DNA from: Azolla caroliniana
Lineage: Eukaryota > Plantae > Polypodiophyta
DNA length: 64,000 bases
Reading direction: 5' to 3'
NCBI GenBank assembly: GCA_043228905.1
Contig: JBHGNT010000020.1
Coordinates: 3,286,001-3,350,000, forward strand
Shown here: piece by piece, positions 11,683 to 25,171 of the stretch
How positions within the stretch are numbered: position 1 is the stretch's first letter
How the letters are laid out: each line of letters starts with the position of its first letter
The notes under the pieces: generated by a model
What the model saw: the letters and a program-made list of their open reading frames with translations, nothing else
What the model was told of the DNA's origin: nothing
The model's database searches: none
Made by a program: the position numbers and the translations under genes

Positions 11683-12445
11683 CTAGATTTGTAAATAACC
11701 TTTCGAAAGGGAGCCTTTCATGCTTCTCATCACTTCAATCTTGTTTGCCTCCTCTTGCATGCCCAAATCAGCATATATATTACTCATGTAGATGTAGGTT
11801 GGGTAATCTTTTTCATCTAGTTGTATCACATTTTCAAACGCCCATTTCCCAAGTTTTAGATTTCTCCATTTTTGGCAAGCATCTTGCATTGTATGCCACA
11901 TTGCCACATCAACAGGAATCAGGAATAGTCATCTCCTTCATAAAATTTATCACCTTATCGAAGTGGCCAATACCGGAAAAAAGATTGACCATGCAAGTGT
12001 AATGCTGCATTCTTGGAGTAATGCCATAGACTGTATTCATCAACTCAAAGTACATTTGCCCCTTGTCCAACAGACGATTGGGACTACATATATTAAGCAC
12101 AATCATGAATGTGACATCATCTGGGTTTACCCTCTCTCTTTTCATTTTGTTAAACAAATCTAGCACCATTTCATCCTCCACAAATTAAATTATCTAGTCA
12201 GTAGTTGGTTCCATACCACTGTATTTTGAACCTTAAGACCATCAATGACCTCTTGTGCTTTCACAAGCAAACCACACTCGGCATACATTTGCACCAATGC
12301 ATTTCCAATGAAAACATTATCTACTAAAAACCCATCACAATCAATCTCAAAATATAAATCTTGCCCCTTGTCAATCTCTCTTATGCTATCTCAAGCTTTC
12401 AAGATGCAAGCATAGGTAACTGCATTTGGAGAAAATCTCTTAGGT
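11683..12445 (-). pseudogene. PLS-class PPR protein with E domain, pseudogene copy 1
   Basis: GNALVQMYAECG, PDDVTFMIVLNICS, QHYTCMVNLFS, WHTMQDACQKWRNLKLGKWAFE..YIYMSNIYA; stops and frameshifts; 5' truncated. Confidence 0.88.
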
Positions 12446-12579
12446 TCTATGGAGCACATACGCAGAGTTTAAGGGCATGATGGTTGTTAATTTTGAAGCT
12501 ATATGGTTCGTGTGAATTCTTAACTTTATTATGACAATCTCATGTATGAATGAAACACGTCAAGGTACACTAACATTAC

Positions 12580-12715
12580 ATGTATGGTAAGCATGGGTGC
12601 TTGAAAGAGGCATATAAACTTTTTGAGTGTGTGATGATGCCAAATTTTAACTCTTGGAATGCGATAATGGTGGCATATGCCCATAATGAACATGCATGTT
12701 TTCTTATCATTCTTT
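12580..12715 (+). pseudogene. Single PPR-motif fragment in inverted orientation (copy 1)
   Basis: MYGKHGCLKEAYKLFECVMMPNFNSWNAIMVAYAHN matches the PLS PPR consensus MY.K.G....A..VF..M....V.SWNA.I.AYA. Confidence 0.75.
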
Positions 12716-13030
12716 GTGCATATGAAATAACTGTCTCTTTCGCTCATCTCATCTCATCTCTGTACATGTCCATGTCTAGTGTTGTGTAAGTTGTCGTTTG
12801 TGTACATACCAGGCTTTTTGGCATAATTTCATCAATTTCATGAGGTTGATTTGATCTTTTTGGCATATCCCACGTAATTATGATTATGAAAATTTGATAA
12901 GAACATGCGTGCACATGGCTGATAGGGTATGATAAAGAATATGTGGTAGATGTGTGCATGCAATATAACCATTTTAATTAATAAGAGGATGCATATATGA
13001 GTCATAGTCATGGTAGTTACTATCTTATGG

Positions 13031-16000
13031 TGTTGATCTGCTGACAGTCGATTGCTATAACCGGCAGTCACAATAGGTTGAGCGTTCTATCAAGAGAATT
13101 GTGGTAGAAAATGAATAGACGATCTAGTGGTAATTAGAAATTGTTACTAAGTATACGTGATCGACTATTGGTCTTAATATGATTACTTAGGTAGCACAGA
13201 TAATCCGAGATCGACAATGAAAACAGCAATGAACAAAGATATTGTCGACACAGAGATACTCTAACCACTAATTTATATTAATTCCAAAATAGAACGATAG
13301 ATTTACAATTATCTTGGTCCTTCTTTTATAGGTGAATCAAGAGTCTCTTTCCAAGATTACCCTTGCCCTTGTTCGGTAAGAACTATTACAAAATTGTCAT
13401 AACTATTCTTAGAATATATTTTTCTACTTGGCAAAATTACTAATTTTTTAATCATCAATCTGACCCTTGGATCCAACTCTGACACTTCCATACTTGTTCG
13501 ACTCCTTCTAACTTCCTTTCATATCTGTCTGACTCAGAACCTGGTAGTTGACTCTGACTCAGAACCGCGTCGATTTCGTGGGCATCATATTCTTCCATTA
13601 AGCATACCACCTCCTCCTTGTGATTGGCAGCAAGCTCATACAAAATGCCAATTAGGTCTTCTTGGACAGTAGTAATAGCTTCGTCATCAAATTTGAAGAA
13701 ACCAGTGCCCTGTTTCTTTCAATTTTCCCTAACGACCCGTAACAACTGGAGTTCAGCAGCCTATGCCATCCTTTGCCCAAGGATTCGGCACTCAGTTCCC
13801 ACGTTCACCTCTTGTGTCCCGACAGGATTTGGTTTACCTTTTCTTTGCCCATACTCACCTGGTATTGCATGGTCGCAAGTTCCTTCCTCATCTGTGCTAG
13901 ATGAGCCTCAACCGACCCTTTGTCAAACATGAACTTCGTTTCGGCCATTGGTAATGCCAAGCGTTTCTCTTCATATTTGGACTCGAGCTCATTGTGTTTC
14001 TAAAGCAGTTCATCTTTCTCTGGTTGGAGCTGGGGTTTGAACTGCTTGTATTGTGTATGGCTTTCTATCGTTTCGACTACCATCTCAACCATCCAGTCTC
14101 TATAATGTTCCTCTTGTATTTAAACATATAGTTCTAATTTGTCGATTTTTTCCTACGCATCCCGCATTTCCTGCTTCTGTCGTGTGACCATTTCTTTTAA
14201 CTCTTGGATGGTGTTGTCTCATTCATCCAGCACTGCTCCAAGTACCCAACTCTCCCGACTTTAGCCGACTTAGATAGTCGGGCCCTGGTCGGTGGATTAT
14301 GTCGAATTCAAACTCTTGCAGCAGTAATGTCCTAACTATAACAATGCTGAATGGTCGACATGAAATGTGTATTTGCGGCCAAACAGGTAATGACGAAATC
14401 TTTTGTTGATACTATATATCATGACGAGAGCCTCGCGTTTAGTCGTCGAATAGTTGCGGTCCTCCATTCATAGCTTTCAACTCACGTAATAAACCAATTT
14501 GTACTAGTTTGGCTCTGTCAGTTGCATTAAGGAGCTGACGATTGCTACATCGGATACATCGATAAAGACATGAAACTCGTTCTCCCAATCGGGAGATTGT
14601 ACAACTGGCACCTTAGTACCTGTCTTTTTAAGACAAACATATGCACATTGCTCAGTTGCCATCCATTGAAAAGGTATTTTATGCACTACCGCATATATAG
14701 GGTGTTGCCACATCGGCTAAATACCAAATCATCTAGCTAAACCATCTTATATGGCCAAAACATCTATTCAGAGTTTTGGCATTAGACGGCGTCGATGCTT
14801 CCATAATTTCTTTCACTTTGTCTGGATCGACTATAATGCCTTTTCGACTAACAATATGTCTGAGTAATGTACCACTTGTTACTCCGAATTCACATTTCGC
14901 AGGTGTGAGAGTCAAGCGTCCCTATCAACACCTTTCCAAACACAATTGGAGATGTTCCAGATGATCGGTTTTTCTGCTATAGACTGCAAAAATCATCTAG
15001 GAATACCTACATAAATTCAGGTATATAATCATTAAAATTTTCATGTATAACCCATTGAAACGTTGTCAGGGTGGTTGTTTTTAAACCGAACATCATGACG
15101 ACTATTATGAAAAATCCTCCATTGGTGACAAATATTGTCTTTTCCTAATCTACTGGGTGCATCCAAACCTGGTTATAGGAACTAAATCTTCCAGAAAGCT
15201 ATAAATTTCTTGGTCAGCGCCCGCTTCCAAAGTCCATCCGTAAAAGGCAATGGAAATGCATCCGTTATTGTGGCCGCATTTAGCTTTCTATAATCGACGC
15301 ATACTCTGATCTTCCCATTCTTTTTTGGTACGACGACAATTGGGCTTAACCAAGTTGCCTCTTTTAATGGTCTAATAAAACTGACTCTGAATAATTTGTC
15401 GATTTCCTCCTTTACTTTCACAACATAATTCGGGTTTAATCTATACTCACGTTGTTGTACCGGCTTTGCATCTTTATGCAAATTGATTTGATGTTGACAG
15501 AACGCCGGATCTAACCTCTTCATATCTTCAAATTACCATGCCAAAACATCCTTATATTGACACAATAGGTCAATCATCTTAGCTTTATTGGTCAACTCCA
15601 TTTCTTTGGCAATGAGAATTGTCTTTTGTTCGGCATTAGCGTCGGCTAAATTTAATTCGTCTAATGTTGATGCCTAAACTCTTTGGGATACCTGCATCTC
15701 CCTTTCTGAAGCTTCTTGTTGAAGTCGTAATTCCCTTAATGTTTTGTCATCCAGAGGAACTTCTTCTCCCTTATCATCCTTATCTATATACGGCGTGAGC
15801 GTCTGCATAATGTCGACTTCGAACAATGGAATTATCTTTGGATTTTCCTCAAAATATTTATCTTCTTTTGCCTGATCCAATCCTTCCAACATGTTTACTG
15901 CTTCGGCATGGATTTGTAAACATTGCCGAGTCATGTTCACCATCGCTTGTGTCGACACCCGGATCTTACTCTTGCCCTTTCGGAATGTTAACGTGTTCTT

Positions 16001-18552
16001 ATTCCAATTCTATTTGATATTAGCAGTCTTTAGCCAAGGTCAACCTAATGGCAATGGATATGCACCACGTGCATCCAGATGAAACACTACTGTTGAAATT
16101 TGGAATGTTTGGCCTCCTATAATGACATCCAATTGTCAAATTCAACCGAGTAGTCGTATCGTACTCATGCCAGCCATTCTTAGCCTGAAGGGACAAGCAT
16201 CCCATTTCGTAATGCCCAGCTGATCACATGTGCCCTTATTAATCACATTAACTCCTGATATGCCACCGACAATACTGCTTGTGACTTCCTAGCCACAAAT
16301 CACAACTTTAATAGATGGACTCTGTTCATCCATCACTATCGGCCCTATAATTGCATTGTTATAAATGACCGACACTTTCTCTGCCCCATTCTGCGCAATA
16401 ATCGTTGCGACCTTCTCCGTGAATCTTGGCACTAATTTCAACAATCCTGCCGAGGGTAATGACACTTGGCAATCTGCCAAGATTTTCCATGTTTCCTCAT
16501 CTTTAGCTGTCGTTTTGGGTGCCCACAGTCAGATGATGCATCATTGTCTTGCAATATTCTGGCAACATTATTGTTGTTGCATCATCGGATGATGCATCAT
16601 TGTCTTGCAATATTCTGGCGACATTATTGTTGTTGGCTTCTTCAACCCATTCCTTAGTCGCCTTCCATACCACTTCCTGCACCTCCCACTCTAATTGTTT
16701 AACTTTAGTACGAGTGGTTACTTGTTGTATTTCCGGTACCACCATATTTACTGTCGGGGCCTTTCCTCTTTTTGCGTATGTAGTAATTTGGAACTGATGA
16801 GCCACTAGATTCTCCGGGTTCATATTGAGGTCGATGAGCATCCTGAGATTCAGAATTATCCCTGTCTCTGGAAACATGTTGAAATTGCTAAGACCCTTTC
16901 GGTTTTCGGTTGTCATTAAATCGACAATTTGGTGATCGATTATCATCATTTCTTTTATGGTTATTAGACCTTCTGTCGTACTGATAATGACTTCCTTTGT
17001 AGGGTTGTCAATTATTGTTATCTCATCGTGGTAAGTAGTCCCAATCATGATTATTTCGACTATCCCATTGGTAGTCATCTTGGCGATCCTCATCATATCG
17101 GTCATTATGCCAATAGTCATTACGTCGATAATTGTCTCTCTGATTATCATCTTGACGGCAGTCTATCGGTTATCATCTCTATGGTTATCTTCACGCAGAG
17201 AATCATCTCACCGCTATGACTGATACCGGTCATCATATCTTTATCTTGTCGTCATGCGACCGATTCCGATTTTCCTGATAACTATTTTCAGAATGAATTT
17301 GCCGAACCGGTGTGGTTGTTTTATTCAGTAAATTATTTATACTCACACTACTCGACTTAATGAGCTTTGGAATGGCAAATCATACAATGAGTGCATAAAC
17401 TGCATTCTATTGTCGAATGCCCTGTATTAAAGCAAGTAGTACACTTAACAACTTGCCTAAATCTGAACTCTTCTAATGTAGGTAAATTCCGATGTAACGT
17501 CGACATGTTCATACTGTTATTATTGTGCTTCTGATCCATTGCTAGAGCTTTATCTACCACTTGCTCTAGTGATTCATTCCGGAAATCGAACACCGCTAGA
17601 GTTGTTCGAAGAGGTTCACGTATAGCCTTCGGCAAGATATCCTTCAATTCCTCTTCTAGAATTGGCCGCGAAATATGAAGTCGTAAGTTCTGAAATCAGA
17701 TCACAAATTGTGACACCATTTCATGTGGCTCTTGAAAGGCCGCATAGAATTGACCTATTAGATCCTTCTATGGGATTTTCCGATGAAACAATTGTAGGAT
17801 CTACCATCTCAGCCATCCGGTTTGCATAATGTTCCTCTTGCATTTGAACATATAATTCTAATTCGTGGACTTTCTTCTGTGCATCCCGCGTTTCTTGCTT
17901 CTGTTGTGTGACCATTTGTTTTAACTCTTGGATGGCGTTGTCTCGTTCATCACATTAACGAGTCGAACGTTTTTGGTCCATTCTGGACATACCAATTCGT
18001 GAATGGACCATCAAGAGATAAGACGAATTCAGGAATTTTGTATTTCTCCTCGGTTGCAGCTGACAATCGCTCTAGCACATGGTTCACCTCCCATGTTGTC
18101 TGAAAATAATGCACATGCGCTTCTGCATTGGCGCCATCCCGATACTTTGAGTTAGGGTAAGGCATATTCTCCTCTTCCCAAATGTCATAAAAAGAAATAT
18201 GTTCGGACTGCTCCTCGTCTGAATAGTTATTAGTTAAATCGGGAATTGCGCTCCACTCCCCCGCAACTTCTTGCTGAGTTTGGTTGATAGGTACCGAATC
18301 GTTAGTAGTCCCACCTGCTACACATTGACTAATTGATCGTGTGTGTGGTATTTTTCGGCCTACAGATGTATCCAAACTAGAAGACATCCATTTCCCTTGG
18401 TCGCTGCTTATAGCATATTTCCCACGAGCCGTGCCAAAATATTGTGTTGATCTACCGACAATCGATTGTTGTAACCGGTAGGCACAATAGGTCGAACGTT
18501 CTATCAAGAGAATTGTGGTAGGAAATGAATAGATGAACTAGTGGTAATTACA
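13031..18552 (-). mobile_element. Gypsy family C (related to A), internally deleted
   Basis: Matching LTR ends at 13031 and 18445 (TGTTGATCT). PBS TGGCACGGCTCGTGGG (18421-18436, Arg-type). gag (CTTCFNTGHSTIEC), protease, RT (WLSPIVVVPKKNGKIRVCVDYRKLN) and RNase H present. Integrase absent. Extra-ORF remnants at 13455-14240. Confidence 0.88.
16532..16637. repeat. 56-bp-period tandem duplication within Gypsy C
   Basis: GATGATGCATCATTGTCTTGCAATATTCTGGC.ACATTATTGTTGTTG at 16532 and 16588. Confidence 0.85.
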
Positions 18553-18600
18553 AACCATTGAGCAACCTTACCGACTAAGCTACATCCATCTGGTCTTCAT

Positions 18601-18655
18601 CTCTCTCTCTCTCTCTCTCTTTTCTCTCTCTCTCTCTCTCGCTCTTTCTCTCTCT
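18601..18655. repeat. (CT)n microsatellite
   Basis: Direct reading. Confidence 0.9.
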
Positions 18656-19149
18656 GTGCTTGCTTTCTCTCACGCTCAGCCACAACTTCGTGCCTCTCAC
18701 ACAGTCCACGTTGCCTAAGCTCTAGCGCTCACTCAGTGCTTCTTCGCTTCGCACTCTCTATTTTCTCACGTGCTCTCGCTACTCACTATCTTCTTTTCTT
18801 TGCGCAGGTAATCAACATCAATAACCTAACTACTATATATATACATACATATGTATATATGTATTCGACCATTCGGCCTCTCGGCCGATTTTGGCCAGCC
18901 GACTCTCATTCAACCAATGTCAGTTTTTCAGCCGTCTCCCCCATCAGGAGGGACAAGCTTTCCTAACAAACATCAGTACTTCAACAACCTTTTAAAATTA
19001 TGGTAACGTTGAATGTTCATGGAAATCAACTGAAGGCATTGAGTAAATGCATTTGGTACGAAATTCAAATTATTTTTTATTAAATCAATTCAAAACTCTT
19101 GAAAATGTAATGACATTCCTGATTATTGAGCGAGTAGATAGATAATGAA

Positions 19150-20290
19150 ATACTTTTAAGTACAAATGTCACTTCAATGCTTCTGTTTTATAGAAATGGA
19201 GACCATGCAAGATGACCATTCTTTGAAGGTGCTTGATAAAGGAATTTTACAATATCTTCAGTCACATTTCAATTGGAGTCCATATGAATTTGTTATGCCA
19301 TTTTCTTTGAAGAATAGTTGTGCCCACTTTGTTACAATGCCAACCACCCTCTTCTGATTTAATTGAGGTTCAAAATTCTTATCCTAGCACACCCTCAAGT
19401 ATACATAGGGATGCAAACTACCAAAAATGAAATGCAAACTACCAAAAATTTGAGAAATGTAACTCCAAATCTGACAAGCAATCAAACATTGTATGACACA
19501 ATGTGTACTATCTTTCATTTGAGTAGTGCAAAAGAAACAATTGCTCGTTGACAATCCACGTAGCTTTAGAGTTAGGGATTGTAGATGATTCCAAGAAAAC
19601 CATGTGATTCCCATCTTATACCTCTTCCTCCACAACAAATATCGAAGAGGTTACAAAATAGAATGCAAAGCTTTCTTTGTCCATGGCACCAATGACAAGT
19701 AATTTAATAACATGGGTTCTGTAATACATTGCACAATCTTTAGGTGTACGTGAAATGACCAAGATTGTGACTTCCAATACATGAACTTATCCCTTAACTT
19801 GTTCGACATTAATTCAATCATTTGGCCACTCGTAACATCCATTCCCAATTGATACCCCAAGTGTAAAACAATAGAGCATTTTCTAATCGTGGATTCTTCC
19901 CATCCTAGTTATTCCAAATCCCTTTCAATACATGCGATTATACTATACATTCTCCAATGAATATGTATTCTAGATGCCAATGTAAATTGTTTCCACACAT
20001 GCATCCCTTTTTGAAGATTCTGACATGAACCTCATAGAAACGTGAAAGAATCAACTATCAAAGCCTATGCTACCATAGGTTGCCCACAAATGGAATGTGT
20101 AGACCCACAATGTCATCATTAGTTGCAAGCCTTGATAACTTCACCAAAAAGGGATGAGTAACAATGTCAAACAACAATGGGCTAAGTGGGCATCCTTGAC
20201 AAATAGATCTTGTGAAGGAAAATATATGTTGTAAATCCCCCATTAAGCATTACTCTAAACACCATAATATGACAAATCCTCATACTAGCC
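19150..20290 (-). mobile_element. Old L1-type LINE relic (RT and zf-RVT fragments)
   Basis: RSICQGCPLSPLL near 20170-20210; KLRDKFMYWKSQSWS; CFFC...STHCVIQC..ACQIW. Boundaries approximate. Confidence 0.8.
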
Positions 20291-20560
20291 ATGATACTAA
20301 CTTTGAATTTGTATGTGTATATGCATATGATAAACCCTAATACTAACTATGGATGTGTATGTGTATGTGTGAGTTAAGGACGCCTTTTTGGCAATAGAGG
20401 AGGCGAGATCGGTTTTGACCTACTACACTATTACTCGTTGATGGTAGCAACGCCTCTTCTTATGGTGGACATTTCACACACCAGTTCATTTCTAAGCATG
20501 TCATTGTGTGATGCATAAGAAAGTGTTGCTATGTGACATTTTTTTATGAACATTGCTTAG

Positions 20561-21325
20561 TTATGCATTCAAATGTAGAAGTGTCAAAAACTCTGCATTC
20601 GTCTCGCAATGACTTAGCAGTGCGAGTGACAGGTTAGGGTACTTTGACCCACTCAAGTAATGGCAAATTTTAGTAGGTACTAGCAACCATTGCTCCATAC
20701 TTTGTATATTATTCCAATCTTCTATGGAGAGTGTATGGTCAACGAAATGATTAGCAATGGGCTTGTCACTTGTGGTACAAATCAAGACATCTCTTAACTT
20801 TCGAGATTGTTGATACATAATTAGAGTTGAATTCCATCTAGTAATGCAATCTAGACACGATGGTTCTTGTTCCCCATTCTCATGCATGGTTTTTGATTAT
20901 TTTTTAAATATAGCTGTACTCACTTTACTTGTACGTATAGAATGTAATGTCTTCCTTAACTTCATAGTAGGAGTAATAACGTCTAATGTAGAGTTTACAC
21001 CAAGTTGATATGTATGCACCATGCATCCTAACATATGTGATGATTGTAAAATGTCTTGCCCATGATGACTAAGTAATAACCGAGCCAATTCTTTTGATGC
21101 AACTAGAGATTCACTAGCACCATCAAAAGTTGCAGATAGAATATGTGAAGACATACTCGATGACTTTAGACACGAGAATAAAGCTTTTCTGACACATTTT
21201 CCTGCCCCATCTCCTAGAAAGACATCTAGAAAGTCTAAGAGCACACTAATTGGCTTACTAGACTCCATAGAGACCCAATGTAATGTCACGGGATAAAATC
21301 CTTTCACACTTATATGTCCACCCAT
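20561..21325 (-). pseudogene. hAT (Ac-like) transposase relic
   Basis: VTLHWV, SATFDGAS, GCMVHTYQL (CxxH), LDCITRWNST, EDWNNIQ, LSGSKYPNLS. Confidence 0.85.
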
Positions 21326-22133
21326 GATAAGTTATAGCATATCTAAAACTTTGTGAGGAAAAATAACTAATACCTAAATGACGAAGAACCTGTAGATGTA
21401 GAGCTATTAATATTATGCTTATCTAATAAATGCTTGGTAGTAGAACCTATAGATGTAGAGCTTGACCATAATTAGTGATAATAAGCACATCGACGTTTAG
21501 ATGCATCTCCCTCCTTCATGGTGACCATGTGTTGCTCGGTCCATGAACTTCTTTTTCTTGCCCTTGATTTGATTGTAGGGACGGATACTGATGTTGCATC
21601 TGTGGGTCAAGATAAAGGAGTTGTATCTTGACTATCTTCCATGTTTATGTATATACCTATACATAAATTAAAAAACATAGAATAATCAATAAAAATAAGA
21701 CAAAAAATTTGAACAATAAATGAAATTGGGTGCTTGAGATTGTGAAATGGATTCAAATATAGGGACTTGAAGATTCATTGGAGCTTTCAGGTAATTCTAT
21801 GAAGTATGTGAGCATTGACGATAGTATAATCCCCTTTCTTGGAATGAGTACAAGATTATATGTTCATATGGGCCTGGCATGGGCTATACATTAAAATATG
21901 CGTTCTGGTGGATGATGGAAAATATTTTCTATTCTCTTCTCTCTCATATATGCTATCAACATGAATGTATTTATGGATGTGTATTGATTTCCCACAAGCA
22001 ATTCGTCAAACTCAATCCATGGTTTAGTTACTAATCCTAAAAAACAATTGATATTAATTACTAATCCTCAAACTCAATCCATGGTTCAATTACATACAAC
22101 AACATAAACGACATCCTCGTTTGATGACAACAC

Positions 22134-22476
22134 TTTCAACAACATAAACGACATCATGGTTTGATGACAAAGGAAACATTTGGCCACATCACTTGCATAT
22201 CATTAGTGCCTTAAAAACTATATATATGCAAGTACAATTCTGAAATTTCTTATTCGTGAGCAACAAAAGCCTAAAGAGTCAACATCATTTCCGAAATTTC
22301 TGATTAATAGGCCACACAAAGCTTTCAACAATATAAACGACATCTTGGTTTGATGACCAAGGAAGCATTTGGCCACATCACATGCATATAGTTAGTGCCT
22401 TAAAAACTATATATATTCAAGCACAATTCCTAAATTTCTGATTCATGAGCAACAAAAGCCTCAAGAGTCAACATCA
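22134..22476. repeat. ~189-bp-period tandem duplication, with a shorter third start at ~22099
   Basis: CTTTCAACAA.ATAAACGACATC...TTTGGCCACATCA...GAGTCAACATCA occurs at ~22134 and ~22323. Confidence 0.85.
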
Positions 22477-22654
22477 AGTATGTTAGCAATGAGCATGTAC
22501 ACAGTACCTAGGGGTCGGTAATAGGTATTGCCACGGCCCTCCAGGACTCATTAGATCGTAGAAGGCCGAAGCCTGAAGAAGTGCACTATGCACTAGTGCA
22601 GGTTGCAAAAGGTCCTCACTTGTCGCGTGCAATCTCCCTCTCCTTTTCCATTGC

Positions 22655-22840
22655 CGGTTCCTAGGTTTAGCCAAGCCAATTAAGCCTTAACCCGCCCGGT
22701 AACCGTTTTAGGCTTAAATGGTTTGAGCAATCCCAAACCAAGCTCAAACCGGTTAAAGAAGATCAAGCCTAAACCGAACCAAATTGAACCGGGAACCGTT
22801 TGTCAATCCAGTTTGGCCGTTCGGTTTAGGCTTGAGTCCA
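22655..22840. mobile_element. Probable hAT-type MITE/subterminal remnant
   Basis: Clustered AAACCG/CGGTTT-type motifs in both orientations; termini not resolved. Confidence 0.45.
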
Positions 22841-24346
22841 GTTGTTGTTGATTCCTACCAAGACCCCCTGTGGTCCTGCTCAAGTAGCACATGTACAGTG
22901 CATAACTTCGCAACAATGTTTGGAATTATCTTGTATGATTTTGCGATAGAAATTTACAAATTTTAGACAACATTACACATCTCATACAAAACGTGTAGTT
23001 GGCCAATCTAACACTGTTTGGATAGTTGGATAAATAGAGATTCCTTAAGAAATGATGTAACCTAACAATTCCACTTACTTGCAATCTAAGCTTCACTTCT
23101 CTAGTATTGAATAAAGGCCATATTCAAATAGTCATTGTAGTACATGACGAACATTGACATCATGCTCCTCTTGTGTTTTTTATCAATAGATGATTAGAAA
23201 GATGTCCAAGAAATGTCAAAAAATATCATTAGCCATAGGTTGGAAAAATTCTCATGCATTTGAATATGAGGAAACTATGCAACTTCTCCACACAATCTTC
23301 AACAAGGGTGATAGAGATATTAAACGATCCAAGGGATAAAATAACGACTAATCCAAATACGTTTGTAAAAATCCTTGTTGAACTTGTATGAAGAAAACCA
23401 ACATTCTAGAGTTTCTTAGATTAACTATTAAAAGACTCAACCCCAAAGATTGCAAATATGAACACATCACATTTCTGAGTTTATGCAATCATATATAATA
23501 AGTACTACAATGACATCAAACATCCAAACTATGAAGATATATTTAAGGACGATTTAGTCATGATAATATAATTTCTTGTAGGAATTTTAAAATTGGTCCT
23601 TTACCATTGATACATTCCACGATCTATTTTAGGTAAACGCTTGAATTAATGTGAATGAGCACCAATTGCCCTCTTAATTCTTGTTGTGAATGGAGAGATT
23701 GGTGCAATTAATGTGTTTGATATGTTACCAACTTTTCGCATTGTAGGAACCTTAATTAGAGTTTTTGCTTAGATGTCCCTTCAAAACATTCTATGGGCTT
23801 GATCATCAACATATTTTTGGGAAATGTTGTTTGTCGTTACTTTCCCTTATTCGAGTAAACCTCTACACCAAGTGTTTAAATTGCCGATGTTGATTAGACT
23901 CCAAATATTACAAAGAAATATGTCCTATGGAACATTACACTTCCTCCATTTGACATTCATCATGCACCATTGAATCATCTCATGCGAAGATGAATATTTG
24001 TGTGCAACGTATTAATCTACCAATACAGTGCACATAATAGCAATGTGTATACCAACTTTCACAAAGACTGTAGTGTAGAAGAAACATGTTTTATTTTAAA
24101 ACTTGATAATATAGTTAATGAACTTGAGCACTTCATGAATATAGAAGTAACACTTCTGCAACTACTATGTAACATACACCATACGTAGGTGTATCATAGG
24201 AGAAATGGAAAGGTGTTATTACATATGAAATCATATCTTTATTAACCAATAAAGACAACTTTATTTTTGTGCATGATAGTTACATTATGAATCATGCATT
24301 GTCTTATGGAACATGATTAACAATGGAATTGGAAAAGTGATTGAAT

Positions 24347-24595
24347 TTAATCATCATCTTCTGACGGAGTTGGAGCGGGAGGAATGGAAGATGAGGGAGG
24401 AGTCGAAGGAGTAATAGGATTTGAGGCAATAGGTGGAATAGGAATTGGAGAAATAGTTGGCCTTGGAATTATAGATGGACAAGGCTCAGGCTCAGGCTCA
24501 TCAGCATAGGTTGTTGATGGCCCCTGAACGACTAAGATTGTCACAAAAAGAAAAATACACAAAAGTCGGAATCGTTGCAACTCCATCTTCCCCAT
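24347..24595 (-). CDS. Secreted Pro/Ser/Thr-rich small protein (HRGP/AGP-like), 82 aa, copy 1
   Basis: ATG at 24595; signal-peptide-like MGKMELQRFRLLCIFLFVTILVVQGPSTTYA. Mature 51 aa with 18 Pro, PAST 32/51, SP/TP/AP dipeptides. TATA ~100 nt upstream, AATAAA ~105 nt downstream. Three near-identical copies. Confidence 0.8.
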   Translation of the reverse strand: MGKMELQRFRLLCIFLFVTILVVQGPSTTYADEPEPEPCPSIIPRPTISPIPIPPIASNPITPSTPPSSSIPPAPTPSEDDD

Positions 24596-24693
24596 GGTAT
24601 AAAAGAATTTATAGATTAAATAACACCTCAATATTGTATGGAGTATGTAATTAGGTTAGACTGTGCTCCTACTAAGCTTCTTCCTCCCGTGCC

Positions 24694-24720
24694 TTTATAG
24701 TGCCTCGAGATATTCACGTA
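24694..24720 (-). promoter_or_regulatory. TATA box (24694-24699) and adjacent ACGT core of Pro-rich gene copy 1
   Basis: CTATAAAGG on minus strand; TACGTG(A) ~20 nt further upstream; both conserved in copies 2 and 3. Confidence 0.6.
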
Positions 24721-25171
24721 TCATCAATGTCAATGAAATATTTAAAAAATGATTAGTGATAACAATATCCAGGGAAATTACAATCTTAGAGTGAAAATAA
24801 ACGATAATTGTATTGCCTTCCCTTATGTTGTCGAGAATTTTCTATTTCTTCATTTTCAAGCATTAGCTCATTACATTGATTTTATTGAAGTATTGCTTGA
24901 TTTCATGGGGAGTATTGAATTTGAAATAGAATTCCTGAAATTTTTAAGTACATGACTATATGATCTCTTTCCATTTTTCAGCGAACAAAAACTTTAAAAT
25001 AAGAAAAACATATGTCACAAGCCATGAGATTTACATTTCAAGGGCTCCATGGGCAATTTCCCTTGGAAATGGCAAAGTCATAGTCCATGGCATGTTTTGG
25101 TTAAATTTCTTGAAAATGATGCTTGAGAAAAGTTTTCATTTAAATGATTATCAATAGCAATCACCATGGAA

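Noticed and set aside
18553-18967. Solo LTR (CT tract, TATA-like run, ends CCTAACA)
   Set aside because: No clear TG start, TSD or partner in the window; left unannotated.
24347-24400. Known peptide hormone (IDA, CLE, CEP, PIP) in the C-terminal IPPAPTPS
   Set aside because: It lacks the diagnostic terminal H/N residues and conserved cores (e.g. SKRHN, GPNPLH, SPGVGH) and ends in an acidic tail.
24596-24631. 12-aa N-terminal extension given in the ORF track for the Pro-rich gene
   Set aside because: It begins at a non-ATG codon and varies among copies; the first ATG (MGK) gives a proper signal peptide.
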